A stretch of DNA of 64,000 bases from Mobula hypostoma. Taxonomy: Eukaryota. The position numbers were made by a program, and so were the translations under genes. The stretch is taken from contig NC_086100.1 in the NCBI RefSeq assembly GCF_963921235.1, forward strand, positions 166,408,001 through 166,472,000. Direction: 5' to 3'. Position 1 is the stretch's first letter; every line of letters starts with the position of its first letter. Below the pieces are notes generated by a model. It did no database searches. It was given only the letters and a program-made list of their open reading frames with translations, and was not told the DNA's origin. Below are positions 39,878 through 53,150 of this stretch, one piece after another.

Positions 39878-40619
39878 TAAACTGACAGGCCAATTCTCAT
39901 CTCTATTACAACACTTACATCCACACCCTAGCTGCAAATCAGATCAACCTTCCCAGGAAAATCCCATTTATTCATGCAGAAACTCATAACGGAGGTGTCA
40001 AAAGGAAAATCACTCTTACTTCCTATCAAAGTTTAAATATGTCACCAAAAACAACCCTGAGATTCATTTTCTTATGCACATATTCAATAAATCTATAATA
40101 GAATAATAACTATAATAGAATCAACATGTTCATTCCAGGAAACATTCACATTTTTGGCCTTCAGGGCTACACACATACAACCACACACAACACTAGATTC
40201 TTTATAGCTCCCGACCCAGTTTGTAGAGAGTAGCATCACAGGAAAAATGGTCACACAGACATATTTATAAAGACAGGTTTAAAGGGATCAGACAAGCTTA
40301 TAAGGTGATATAGGTCATTCAGCCCAGTCACTTATTAACAGCTCTCAGAAGAGTGCCATCAGACCCACTTAGTTCTGCATTAGTTAATCCCACTCCCCAA
40401 CCCACATTCAGAATGACATGTCAAACAGGAAAATTGCCGTCTAATCTCCATCTTCTAAATAATTGAATGGTTATAAATGATATCATTCTAAATAATATCA
40501 ATGAATTATTTATCTTTTAGATTATCATTGAATTAATTCCTGCTAAGACATAGAGTTTGACCGCACATAATTAATATAAAAGTACAAGACAGTATGGGTA
40601 AACTACAGATCAATTTTAT

Positions 40620-43600
40620 CTCAGAATCCGCAAAAGTATCAGAATCAAATTTAATGTCATCGGCATAGCATATTGTGAAATGTGTTGTTTTGCAACAGCA
40701 GTACATTGCAATACAAAATAATAAAAATATAAATTGCAGTAAGTATATATGTGTGTGTATATTTTATTTATATAATAGACACACCCACACACATACATAC
40801 ACACACACACACAAAAAGTTAATGAAATAGTATTGCAAAAATAGAGGGGAAGAAAAGATACCGAGGATGTGTTCAAGGATTCATTGTCCATTCAGAAATT
40901 TGACGACGGAATGGAAGAAGCTGTTTCTAAAATGATGAGTGTGTGCCTTCAGGCTTCTGTACCTCCTCCTTGATGGTAGCAATGAGAAGAGGGTGTGTCC
41001 TGGGTGATGGGGGTCCTTAATGCTGGATGCCGCCTTTTTGAGGCATCACCTTTTGTAGGTGTCCTGGATGTTGGGGAGGCTAGAGCTCATGATGGAACTG
41101 GCCGAGTTTACAACTTTCAACAGCTTTTTCCAATCCTGTGCAGTGTCCCTCTATACCAAACTGTGATGCAACAAGTTACATAGTACATCTGCAGAAAATT
41201 GCAAGTGTATTATGTAACATACCAGTCCTCAAACTCCTAATGAAATATAGTCGCTGTCATGCCTTCACGTAATTGCATCGGTATGTTAGGCCCAGGAAAA
41301 ACCCTCAGCCATTTTGACACCCAGGAACTCGAATCTGCTCACATAGAAAATAGCCAGAGTAGGCTATTCGGCCCTTCGAACCTGCACTGTCATTCAGTAT
41401 GATCATGGCTGATCATCTAACTCAGAACCCTGTACCTGCCTTCTCTCCATACCCCCGATCCCTTTAGCCACAAGGGCCATATCTAACTCCCTCTTAAATA
41501 TAGCCAATGAACGTTTTCCACTTCTGATCCCTCAACGAGGACTGGTGTTTGTTTCCTCGACTTCTCCTTCCTGAAGTCAACAATCAAATCCTTGGTCATG
41601 CTGATGTTGAGTACAAGGTTGTTGCTGTGATACCAGTCAACCAGCTGATCAGTCTCACTCCTGTACGCCTCCCCGTCACCATCTGAAATTCTTCCGGCAA
41701 ACTTATTATAGAAATGGGACCCACTCTCCGGGAGACTAGACACTATTTGATAAGACAAGGATGCGGCCTAGAAGACTAGCACTCCTTCAAGGTTCCGGGA
41801 TTTTGTGGCTCTGGAAGCAGGCAGACTCGAGGTTGGTGCCGCTGCAGAAAACTAGTGTGTCACGGGGGACGGAAGATCAAAAGCATCGAAAGCAGAGACC
41901 CAAGACCCGAGTTCTTTGGGCACAGGGCTTGGAAGAACCGATGCAACAGGCTTTTAACACCATAAGTCAGCAACTTGTTTTGTTATGTCTCCCCTCTCGC
42001 TGTGAAACGGGGACACCTCTTTTTCCCTTATTAGGGAGAGAGAGAGCCTGTGGTATGTCGAATACTGGGTCAATGAGTAGTCTTTGGGGTACTGCAAATC
42101 TGTGTCTTTGCTGATGCTTTGCTGCATGCTTAAATGCTTGGTGGGGGTGCTGTTGCTTTTCTGCTGGTGGGGGAGGGGGGGTCATTGCTTTGCTGCTGCT
42201 TACGCCTGGGGGTGAGCTGGGGGAGGGCTTTGAGGTTCTAACATTTATCCGTCATTCATTCTTTGGAGTACTCCTTTGTTTTCATGGATATTTGCAAAGA
42301 AAAAGAATCTCAGGATGTATATTGTACACATTTCTCTGACATTGAATGTACCTATTATAGATGCCATCTGAGCTGTGGCTAGCCACACACTCATTAGTGT
42401 ACAGAGGGTAGAGCAGTGGGCTAAGCATGCATCTTTGAGTTGTGCCAGTCTATGTTGGTTGTCAGCGAGGAAGTGATGTTATCTCTGATCCACACAGACT
42501 GTGGTCTCCCGCTGAGGAAGTCAAGGATCCAGTTGCAGAGGGAGGTACAGAAGCCAGGTTTTGCAGCTCGTTGATTAGAGGGTATAATTGTGTTGTATGC
42601 TGAGCTGTGGTCAATAAACAGCAGCCTGATGTAGGTATTACTGTTGTCCAGGTGTTCCAAGTGAAGTGCCAGTGAGATTGCACCTGCAGTAGACCTTCTG
42701 AGGCCATAGGCAAATTGCAGTGGGTCCAGGTCCTTACTTAAGCAGGAGTTGATCGTAGCCATGGCCAACCTCTCAAAGCACTTCATCAGAGTAGATGCAA
42801 GTGCCAATGGACAACAGTTGTTGAGGCAGCTCACCCTGCTCGTTTTATTGCCCTTTTGAAGCAGGTAGAAGCCTCCAATCTGCAGCACTGAAAATTTGAA
42901 GATGTCCTTGAACACCAGTTGGTTGGCAAAGTTTTCAGAGGTACTTCATCAGGACGTGACACCTTGCAAGGGTTCACTCTCTTGAAAGGTGCTCTGACAT
43001 CGACTTCCAGGACAGGGATCGCAGGGTCGCCAGACGCTGCTGGGATTTGTAGAGACGTTGTTTTATTCTCCCTTTCAAAGTGCGCATAAAAGGCACTGAG
43101 CTCCACGGGGAGGGAAGCATCACTGGCATTCATGATGTTAGGTTTGTCTTTGTAGGAGGTAATAGCCTGCAAGCCCTGCCAGAGCTGACGTGTATCCGAT
43201 TCTGTCTCACCTCAATCGGAATTGTTTATTACTCTTGAAATAGCCTTCAGTAAGTCATACCCTGACTTCTTGTACAGTCCTGGATCACTGGTTTTGAATA
43301 CCACTATGCCAGCTCCCAGCAGACGACAAATCTCCTGGTCCATCCAGGGCTTTTGATTTGGGTATGTCCAGTATGTTCCACAAGGCACACACTCATTCAC
43401 AAGAAGTCAGTGACAACTGTGGCAAATTCATTTGGAAGATGAATCTCTGAATGTTATCCAGTCCACCGACTTAAAGCACACCTGTAAGGGCTCCTCCACC
43501 TCCCCTGACCATCCCTTTTGATCCTCACCACTGCCGCTCTGCCTATAAACTGGGAGTAGAAAGTACAGCCAGGTGATCGGGCTTCCCAAAATGTGGCGTG

Positions 43601-43635
43601 GGATAACACGGTATGCGTTCTTGATGATGGTAATT
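40620..43635 (-). mobile_element. Rex1/Babar LINE, long decayed copy with nested inserts
   Basis: PNQKPW, PLALASTLMKCFERL, DPLQFAY, LLFIDHSSAYNTI. Interrupted by a CR1 tail (41341-41510) and a 640-bp insert. Confidence 0.87.
41713..42352 (+). mobile_element. Unclassified 640-bp non-coding retroposed insertion
   Basis: Flanked by 9-bp direct repeat TATTATAGA (41704-41712 / 42353-42361); the host Rex1 sequence rejoins across it. Confidence 0.7.
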
Positions 43636-43973
43636 GATTTTAAAAATCACCTTTAACATTCGGTAGAGGGCCAGCTGATACAATACAGTAATTTTAAAAG
43701 AACTTAACTTTCTTTACATGCCAAACTGCCAACGCGACTAACCGTCTCAGAGCAAGGTTCACTCCCAGGCCCCGCAGTTCCTCTCTCTCCTCACACACAC
43801 ATACACAAAGACTCTCTTGTCCTCTCTCTCTGTCTCTGAACAATTGCTGTAAATTTTGCTGTCAGTCCCAGTGTTTCCTAGACTCTACCCGCTCATCTCT
43901 CCAGCATCCCAGCACCATACAGACTTCCCTCTGTTGTAGCAAGATACAAGCACTGTTGCGATCTACCACTCAC

Positions 43974-44054
43974 CCAGAATATAATGTTGAAGCCGAAGAT
44001 GAAGTACTTGATGCAGCAGCTGACTTCAGGCCCTTTATAATGTTTCCCTGACAT
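43974..44054 (-). CDS. TSPAN5: Tetraspanin-5, first coding exon (27 aa, MSGKHYKGPEVSCCIKYFIFGFNIIFW); gene continues leftward beyond the window
   Basis: Peptide is near-identical to the known vertebrate TSPAN5 N-terminus. ATG at 44054, 81 nt, followed by a canonical phase-0 donor TGG|GTGAGT (43973-43968). Paralog TSPAN17 is less likely but not excluded from 27 aa. Confidence 0.9.
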
Positions 44055-44330
44055 CTTGGGTTGCTCATGAAGGCGGCAACGACACAATATAGCAGAGAGG
44101 AGCGATGTAAAGCACGATTTGTCACTGATCTCCAGCGCCCACTGCGAGCAGGACTCAGGAAAGCCCGGGATCTCCGGGATAAGCAAAGGCGGGACTTCCG
44201 GGGGAGGGAGCTGGAAGCCAACACTGGATGGAGATAGATTGATGGAGACCGTGATTGAAAGGGAGCGAGAGAGGAGGGGAGAATGGAGCAAGAGATAACG
44301 GACTGGTGGAATGAGAAAGGCGAAGGGATA
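44055..44330 (-). promoter_or_regulatory. Putative TSPAN5 5'UTR/core promoter
   Basis: Repeat-free GC/CpG-enriched stretch directly upstream of the ATG. ETS-type CCGGAAGT (minus strand, 44201-44194) lies next to a GC-box-like CCCGCC. TSS cannot be fixed from sequence. Confidence 0.55.
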
Positions 44331-44334
44331 CATT

Positions 44335-44780
44335 GGTAAATTCGTTTTTTATTGTCACTTGTACCGAGCGGCAGTGAAAAACTTTGTTCTGCATGCCATG
44401 CATGCAGATCATTTCATCGCAACCGTGCACTGAGATAGTACATGGGAAAACAATAACAAAAGGCAGAATAAAGTGTTCCAGTTGCCGAGGAAATGCAATG
44501 CAGATAAACAATAAGGTGCAAAGTCATAACGTGGTAGATTGTGATGTTCAGAGTCCATCTTACAAGGAGGCTTTCAAAGGCGGCGCAGAGACTGTTCTTA
44601 AACCTGGAGGTGTGTGTTTTCCGGCTTCTGTATCTTCTGCCCGATGGGAGGGGGAGAAAACAGAATGTGTAGGATGGGTGTAATCTGTGATTACCTCCGC
44701 TGCTTTACCGAGGCAGATTGAAGTGTATGCAGAATCCACACAGGAGAGCCTGGTTTCCGTGATGTGTCGACAACTCTCTA
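44335..44780 (-). mobile_element. Rex1-type 3' end abutting the TSPAN5 promoter
   Basis: KAAEVITDYTHPTHSVFSP.. remnant plus 3' tail with AATAAA. Confidence 0.75.
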
Positions 44781-44787
44781 AACACAA

Positions 44788-45002
44788 GTGATTCTGCAGA
44801 CTCTGAAAATCCAGAGAAACACGCGCAAAATGCTGGAGGAACTCAGCAGATCAAGCAGAATCCATGGAGAGTTTCGGGCCGTGATGAAGGGTCTTGTTAA
44901 AGGGTGTCGGCCCGAAATGTTGACTGTTTATTCCTCGCCGGGGATACCGCCTGACCTGCTGAGTTCCTCCAGCATTTTCTCCGTTTCTCCACGACTCTGC
45001 AG
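44788..45002. mobile_element. Penelope-derived fold-back element with hammerhead remnant (44881-44926)
   Basis: Arms aaaatgctggaggaactcagcag / ctgctgagttcctccagcatttt are perfectly complementary over 23 bp; centre tgatgaagggtc...ggcccgaaatgttgactg. Confidence 0.75.
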
Positions 45003-45344
45003 TTTTATTTTGCGGTCACGAGCAGAGAAGTTAGGATATTGAGGGGATAGGAACGAGGAGACCGGAGACTGGAGACTACATATATTGGGATCTGGAGCGA
45101 CACATAATTTGGTGAAGAAACTTGGCGGATTGAGCAGCATCTGTCGGAGAAAGGGTTAGTTGCTGTTTTGGGTCAAGACGTGAGGGATTTTACATTTCAA
45201 AGCATAGGCTGCTGTACTGTTAGGGGCTTAGATGGAGCAGAACTCGTTCGTTCAAGTTCCCTGGGCAATAAATAGAGACCCCCTTCGACCTACTCTTGTA
45301 ACTGAGGTGACAGTGACTGAGCACTTTGGGACCAATGTATTAAA

Positions 45345-46870
45345 GAAATAAATCAAGAGAGCAAAAGGGGACATGAGGTAACTTTGGTAGAGAAGATTGC
45401 AGAAAGTCAAGAGACTTTATCGGTACATTAAGGGAAAAGGAGTAACTAAAGAGAAAAAAGGGCCCCTCCGAGCTAAAGGGGTGACCTTTGTGTCGAGCTG
45501 CAGGAGATAGGCGAGGTCCTTCGTGAATATTTCTCCTGTTTTTACTGCGGACAAAGAACTCAGAACTAGCAAAAGTCAATAGGGAGGTCTTGGAGATAAT
45601 CTGCATTACAGTTGAGAAGGTGCTGGATGTCATAAAATATATGAAAGTAGACAAATCTCCAGGGCCTGAGTGGTAAATCCAAGAACATTATGGGAGGCTA
45701 GAGAAGAAATTGCTGGATCTTGGCTAGGATTTGATTCTTCATTAGCCACAGGTGAGCTGCCAGAAGACTGGAGGATAGCAAATGGTATTCCTTTATTTAA
45801 GAAGGGCTCAAAGAAAAATCTGAGAACTATAGGTCAGTAGGTCTAACATCTTTAGTAGGTAAGCTACTGGAGAGGACTCTGAGACTAAGGGTTAATGTAT
45901 GAGGAGCTCTGGGCCTGTACCTCAATGTTCAAAGTAAATTTATTATCAAAGTACATATATGTCACCATGTACAGCCCTGAAACTCATTTTCTTACAGACA
46001 TTCACAGTAAATACAAGAAAAACTAACATCAATGATAGACCACAGCCAACAGGATAGACCAATAACTAATGTGCAGAAGACAACAAAATGTGCTAATACA
46101 AAAAGAAAGAAAAATATAAATAAGTAAATAAATAAGAAGTAGATATCAAGAACATATATGTACAGTACAAAGCATGATTAGTAAATCTGCAAATGACATT
46201 TCAATAGGTTGTATAGTGGACAATGAAGAAAGTTATCAAATTTGACACGAGGATATTAATCAACTGAATGAGTTGTCCAAGGATGGCAACTTATCTGTTA
46301 ATGATATTTTGTGACCCTTCTTTGCTTTCTTATTTCATTTTTAAGGTCTCCTTACTTTTTATATTCTTCAATGGTATTTAGTTCTCTATACCTGCCAAAC
46401 GCTTATATACTTCACCAGCATTTTTTGTGTGTTTTGCTTGAATTTCCAGCATCTGCAAATTTCCTCGTGTGTACATACCTATTTTATTCTCTTTATTCAA
46501 CCCTTAACGTTCTTCGATCCTGAGGACTTCCTGTATTTTTTATCCTTGGATCCATCTTTACCAGGACATGTTGGCCCTGAACTCTTGCTATCTCTCCCTT
46601 GAATGCTTCTCACTGTGCAGATGTAGACTAATGTGCAAGAAAGTGCTTCCAATTGACCTTTGCCATGTCCTGTCTTATTTTAATAAAATTAGCATTTACT
46701 CAATTTAAGACCTCTGTTCATTTTCATCCTCATCTTTTAAACAATCACTTTGAAATATATTGAGTTACAGTCTCTATCACTGAAATGCTTCCCAGTGACT
46801 TGACTGGCTACATCCCTCAAGAGAAGATCCAATAATGCTTCTTTCTTTGTTGGTGTATCTACACACTATA
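45345..46870. mobile_element. Decayed CR1 ORF2 fragments in both orientations with a nested LINE tail
   Basis: KSPGP, PEDWRIAN..PLFKKG, NYRSVGLTS on plus (45650-45880). Confidence 0.65.
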
Positions 46871-47739
46871 TGAAAGACTCTCCTGGATACACCACATAAA
46901 TTTTGCCTCCTTTTGCTTTTTCTATTTTAATTTCAGATTTTTATCTTTACAGTTTTATTTTTAGATTTTTGTTAATACTCTTAAAAGTAATGATACTCCA
47001 AAAGGAAGTTTTCTTTAAGAGTAAAATTCCCTTGTGGCATGCCCCAGTTTCTAAATATTCTTTTGCAGAAGCCTGGTGAACAATTTGGTTAATTCCTAAG
47101 TCATTGGTTAATGTTTGCAGGATGTGAAGTTTTGCTGAGATAGGGGCCTTAATCTTAGTTGTATCTAAGCTCAAGACTGTCTCACCTTAGTTAGGGAATA
47201 TAAATGATCAAAGTTTCAAAAGTATTGAGCAAATGGTGAGAGCGACTCTTCATTATCAACACAGGATTCACTTTACCGATCACCAGCACTCTGACTGCCA
47301 TTTCCCTAGGTTCATTTTCAGACCAGAATGGGTTCTATGCATGCCTCTTTGCAATGTATCCTGAAACCAAGCAATACTGGGCTTTAATTAGTGTATCCAC
47401 TGCCCTCTGATGCACAGCTACAGGAAATGTCCATTTCTATGGTTCTCCTTGGATTAGAAAAAGCTCAGGAGGGTTTACTAATGGTGTTTAAAATCATAAA
47501 CAACTTTGATACAGTGAATTGTTTGATCAAAAAGATATTTTTGAACAAAACATATTAAAGGATGAGAGAGTGGTAGAGTGGTTTAAGAAGAGGATTCCTG
47601 AATTTAGTTGTTAATTGGCCAAGACACAGCTGCCAGTAGATTCATAGAGAGATATAGCATGATGCAAGTCATTAAGTTCATTTGGTCCATGCCAACCATC
47701 AACTACCTATTTACACTAATCATTTATTAAGGCCTTAAG

Positions 47740-48250
47740 TCCGTAAGATACAGGAGCAGAATTTGGCCATTCGGCCTGTTGAGTCTGCTCCACCTTTCAA
47801 TCATGGCGATTTTTTCAACCCCATTCTCCTGCCTTCACCCCATAACCTTTAACCCCCCCTTACCACTCAAAACTTATCAATCTCTGGCAGCCAGACATAG
47901 CCTCCACAGCCCTCCATGGCGACAAATTTCCCTTCGGCTAAATAAATTCCTCCTCATCTCAGTTTTAAAGGGACTTCTCTTTGTCGTGACGCTGTGCCCT
48001 TGGATCCTAGACTCTCCTACTAATGGAAACATCCTTTGGACATCTGATCTATCCATACCTTTCAGTAGCCAATAGGTTTCAATTAGACTTGTGGAGGCAT
48101 CAAACACTCCACATATGTTAAACCTTTCATTCCTGGGATTATTCTTGTGATCATGTCTGGACCCTTTTCAGGGCCAGCTCAACTTTCCATAGGTACATGG
48201 CTCAAAATTACTCAGACTATTTCAAATATGGTCTGACCAACACCTCATAA
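47740..48250 (-). mobile_element. CR1 3' end
   Basis: LIETYWLLKGMDRSDVQRMFPLVGESRIQGHS..FKTEMRRNLFS. Confidence 0.8.
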
Positions 48251-48289
48251 TATATAAATACCATTTTTTAAATTCTCACATTTTCATCA

Positions 48290-48490
48290 ATTCCCCCCAA
48301 ATTCTGAAACTCACCCACACACCAAAAGTTAATCCAAAAACTGATGCCTTCTTGGAATTTAGGAGGAAACCTGAGCATCCAGTACAAACTCACATGATCA
48401 TAGGAAGAATGTTCTAACTCCACATGGACAATTTCTGAGGTCAGGGCTGAACCCAGGTCACTTGTGCTGTGAGGCAATGGCTCTACCAGC
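48290..48490 (-). mobile_element. Decayed V-SINE
   Basis: Degenerate tRNA head (gacctgggttcagccc) and V-domain. Confidence 0.55.
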
Positions 48491-48596
48491 TGATAACAAA
48501 CAATAATGGGATTGGATAGATTTTTCACTGTCTGTTTTACAAAGGGTTATATTAAAATGATTCATTTATATTTTGCCTATTTAGCTTTACGGAATA

Positions 48597-49241
48597 CAGG
48601 GGTGGCGAAACTATGGCACGCATGCCCAAGATGCCACATGCAAAACTTTTTTGTTGGCACACAGGGTGCAGTGCCACCCCTTAATTCTTTAAACCCCATC
48701 CATAATAAGAAGGTGCTTAATTATTATCTTTACTGACAAATGAAGCGGCAAATGACTTTTTACAACCTCAGAGCAGCGAAAACATGGGACACTGGATGAT
48801 CTGTTTTGAAATCCTCGCAGACCAGGTGAAAACATCAGTACAGTATTTAGACAGCATGCAGTTGAGCTAGTTGGCATTGGCTTCACTGTGCTTTCTTTTA
48901 AAACTTCTTCTCTCATTTGTGAGTGAATATTGAATGTTAATAATAATAATAATAAATACCATGTGTAGTTTAGCACCATCAATTGTTTTTTAAAAGATTA
49001 ATATTCATAATTTTGAACAGGTTTTCTAATATGCTTAATTTATTCCAATCTGACTGTTATACTCTCATTAATATTTAAACAATGAATACACAACAGGACT
49101 CGACCCTTTCCCTTAAAAATGTCCATAATTATTGATACTGATTTATTAATAAATGATCATCTCTGCTCAATACCACTATGACAGGCAACAGAATTTATTA
49201 CCAATTCCAGCATATGCTCTCAAAAAGATTTCCCACTCTTG
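48597..49241. mobile_element. Probable non-autonomous hAT (Charlie-like) element
   Basis: Imperfect TIRs caggggtggcgaaac / gatttcccactcttg with AT-rich interior; TSD not clean. Confidence 0.45.
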
Positions 49242-50089
49242 ACGAGTAGTTTGTTTGTGGTTAAACCTTAATGGAGTCTCAGTGGTTTGAAAATGAAAAA
49301 AAAACTGCAGATGCTGGAAATCTGAAATAAAAGGAGAAAACGTTGGAAGTACTTGGCAGTTCAGGCAGCATCAGTGGAGAGAGAATGAGAATTGGATACT
49401 GGTGATATACCCCAAGTCAGAATGGTGTATGCCTTGAAGGGGATACCAGTAGGACGTGGTATTGTCATGCTCCTAATCCTTTACAGTGGCAGAGGTCAGG
49501 TGTCTGGGAGGGGGTCTGGCAGTCAGGCGCAGGGATATAGCAGCTACACTTAGTGCAACTGTTTTTGCTGTTAGATTCAATGGTGTTAGGGCAGTATCTT
49601 GCTGGCACTTATGGTTTCAGCCATGTTGCGGAGTGTCATGAGCTCAGCACCAGAACCTGCAATGCAATTTCCAATTTGAAGAGTTCATTCCAGTTTCACA
49701 GTTTCCGGGAGGATAAAGAGACCCAGATATCCCTCCAGGCCCGTGCTGAGACAACATCTCATCTCAGCTTTGTCATACTGCTTGTGCAATGTTCACACTG
49801 GTTGAAGCAAAAATGTCCTCAAAAAATGAAGCTACTCTCTTCAGATCACAACTCTGATTTTCTTCTCTGGACACTGGCTCCTTGACCACCATCTTAAATT
49901 AAACCAGACCATTCAGAATTTTGGTGACTATGTGGTTCGCCTTCATAGTTCGCATAGTCTAACTGACGTAGACAACCTCTAAGTCCAGTTCCGCCTACCA
50001 GTGTTGCCTGACCCAGTATGTTCATCCAAGGGCTCGTCCTTTGCTCCAGATTCCAGTAGCAGGTAAATTGAAAAGTTCATATGTTGAAA

Positions 50090-50610
50090 AATTGATTTAT
50101 TATTGTCACATGTACAGTAGAAAACTTGTTTTGCATATTGTTCATACCTCAATTGAACTGAGGTAGTCCAAGAAAAATAGAAGAGTGCAGAATAAAGTGT
50201 TACCGAGAAAGTGCAGTGCAGGTAAAGAACGAGGTGAACAGTCAGAACAAATAGATTGTGAGGTCTAGACTCTGCCTTATTGTACTAGGGAACCATTCAT
50301 AAAACAGCAGGGCAGGAACTGTCTTTGAGCTCAGTGTTAGATGCTTTCTGGCTTTTGTATCTTCTGTCCAATGGAGGGAGAGAGGAGAGAATCTTTGGGG
50401 TGGGGGGAGGAGGTCTTTGATTATGCTGGCTGCTTTACTGAGGCAACAAGAAGTATAGACAGAGTCCATGGAGGGGAGGCCACAATGCTGGACACAATGG
50501 CTGCTTATTGTGGTTTCAGACAGAGCAGTTTCCACACCAAGCGGTGATGCACCTGGATAGGATGTTTTACATCTATAAAATAGGTGAGGATCAAAAGGGC
50601 ATGCCAAATT
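50090..50610 (-). mobile_element. Rex1-type 3' end
   Basis: HLFYRC...LPSMDSVYTSCCLSKAASIIKD. Confidence 0.75.
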
Positions 50611-50824
50611 TGTCGATGTGTTTATGAATGGATCTGCAGATTGAGCAAAGAATCAATGGTGAACGGTGCTCTGTGTGGAAGACAAATTGAAGTGGATGCC
50701 AAGATGGAGCATTAGCAGGAATCTATGAGAGTGGCCGAGTCCAGAAGTAGTAAAGGTGTGAATGAGAGTTTCAGCAGTACCTGAGCTAAGACAGAGACAG
50801 AGATCATCAAATGGAGACACAAGG

Positions 50825-52290
50825 GATTGCAGATTACAGTTACTGCTGTGGATGTACGATCAGTCTTCCAGAGAGTGAACCTGCAGAAAGCATCTGCCAC
50901 AGGTGATATCCCTAGCTGTGTCCTTAGATGCTGTGCAGATCAGCTGCTGGGGGTATTTGCAGACATTGTTAACCTCTTCCTGCTTCATTCTGAGGTTCCA
51001 ATCTGCTTTAGGAAGCTTGCTATCACTCCAGTACCTAAGAAAAATCAAGTAACATACCCAAATGACTACTGCCCAGTGGCTCTGATATCTGCCATCAGGA
51101 AGTGCTTCAAGAGGCTGGTCATGGCACACATTAACTCTAATCTCTCAGACAACCCCAGCCCACTGCAGTTCACCCACTCCCGAAAGTCTATGCCAGATGC
51201 CATCTCGCTGGCACTACACTCATCTCTGGTGCATCTGGACCGTGGTGTTGCCTGTTTACGGCCATCCAGGGAAGAGGCGTCGAAGTCAGTGCTACCCTCC
51301 AGTGTTGGCTTGGCAGAAGAAAAACTGTATTGTGTTCGACTGCAGACTGCTGCATCATTTATGGACTCAAGGACTTGGACTGTTTTTTCCCTGTGTGATT
51401 GTATTTTATTGCTATCTTATATTATGCTGCATGTGCCTTCTGCTGAGTATTACTATGAGCACCGCGGTTTGCACCTTGCCCATGGAGTAACACTGCTTCG
51501 TTTGGCTCTATCCATGGGTATTCATGTATGGTTGAACAACAATTACACTTGAACTTGGACAGTTAAAACACCTATGTCAGACATTTTTTATTGACTACAG
51601 CTCCGCCTTCAGTTCTGTAATTCCAAGTAAACTCCCCTCCAATTTATAGACCTGGCACTCAACACCTAACTTTTGCAATTCGATCCTTGACTTCATGATC
51701 AACAAACCACAATCAGGAAGGAAAAGCAGCACCAATGCCCCCACAAGGTTACATCCTCAGACCCCTAATCTGCTCCCTATACACTCACAACTATGTGGCC
51801 ATATTCTGTCCTATTTCCATCTACAAATTTGCAAATGACACCATTGTAGTGTGCCATATCTCAAATAATGATGAGTCCGAGTATGGGGACGAGAGCAAAA
51901 GCCTTGGGACATGATGTCATGAGAACCTTTCCCTCAATGTCAACACAAACAAAAGGGCTGGTCACACGTTCTCTCTTTTCCTCCCTCTGACTGGGCAGAT
52001 GATAAAAAAAACCCTGAAAATACACACCCACAGTCTCAAGGAGAGCTCATATGAGATTATTGAACAGCCCCTAGCACCATAAGATGGACTCCTGATCGCA
52101 TCCTTACTTCATTGTGCCTTGCAACTTATTGCCTGCCTACGCTATAGTTCCTCTGTAACTGTAACACTTTATTCTGCATTCTGTTACTGTTGGTTTTTGC
52201 TTGAACTGATACACTGATGTGATTAAATGACCTGATTTAATAGCATGCAAAACAAAGTCTTTCATTGTACCTTGGTACATGTGACAATAA
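50825..52290 (+). mobile_element. Rex1/Babar RT fragment with a ~315-bp nested insert (51241-51555)
   Basis: NDYCPVALISAIRKCFKRLV, PLQF, DAISLALH; TGGAC is repeated on either side of the insert. Confidence 0.8.
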
Positions 52291-52609
52291 AAAGACATTT
52301 TACCAATTTACCTTCCACAATTGCTGCATTCCTAGAATTTTGGCCTTTGGCAGAGCATCAGTTTTATTTGCTCCACCACTAGGCACCAGGCTCTGTATAT
52401 CACAGCATAAACCTCCCTCTCTCTCCTTCTCTTCATTCCTTTCAGGTATTTACCTCTTTCCTGAAGGTTTCCGCCCACATCCAAATATCTCTAAAGGTAA
52501 CTCAGTGCCAAACCTTAGGTGTTACTGCTACTATATAGCTCTTTGGGATGTTTTGCTAAAAAAAAGATATATGTTTTTTTCCATAGCAACTTTAAATCAG
52601 TAATATACT

Positions 52610-53150
52610 GTAGGCACAAGTGAAACTGTAGATGTTGGACATATGGAAACGTATAAAGTGCTGAAGGAATTCAGCAGATCAGACAGCATCCATGGAGGGA
52701 AATGGACAATCAATGTTTTAGGCTGAGACCCTTCATTAAGAGTGGAAAGAAAGAGGGGAGATAGCCAGTCTAAAAAGGTGGGGGAAAGGTGTGGCAGGTG
52801 ATAGGTGAATCCAGGTGAGGGGGATGATTGGCAGGGGGAGGAGGAGGAGGAGGGTGGGAAAGAAGTAAGAAGCTGGGAGGTGATTGGTGGAAGTGACAAA
52901 GGGTGCAGTAGATAGAATCAGAGAGGGGAGGACAATGGAATAAAGGAAAAGAGGTGAGTAGGGAAAACAGAGGGAGGAATATGTGAGTATGGACAGAATG
53001 AGAGGGCGGGGTTGGGGAAAGAGATGGGGTGATGAGGCCTGTGGGATAAGGGGAGAGAGGAACAGAAGGAAAGAGTTACCAGAAGTTAGAGAAACAGTTG
53101 TTCAGTCTGACAGAATGGAGACTACCAAAGCAGAATACAAGGTTGATTAC
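52610..53150 (-). mobile_element. Penelope 3' terminal fragment
   Basis: GA-rich tract and minus-strand hammerhead remnant ttaatgaagggtctcagcctaaaacattgattg (~52708-52740). Confidence 0.7.

Noticed and set aside
1-43967. Further TSPAN5 exons (expected next: ..LGIGLWAW.EK)
   Set aside because: No matching minus-strand coding segment was found by eye; exon 2 probably lies beyond the left edge. A tblastn search would settle it.
43893-44333. 146-aa ORF as full protein with N-terminal extension
   Set aside because: Only the 27 codons from 44054 match TSPAN5; the rest is in-frame upstream sequence and read-through past the splice donor.
50827-51552. 241-aa ORF as a gene
   Set aside because: Chimeric: Rex1 RT fragment reading into a nested non-coding insert.
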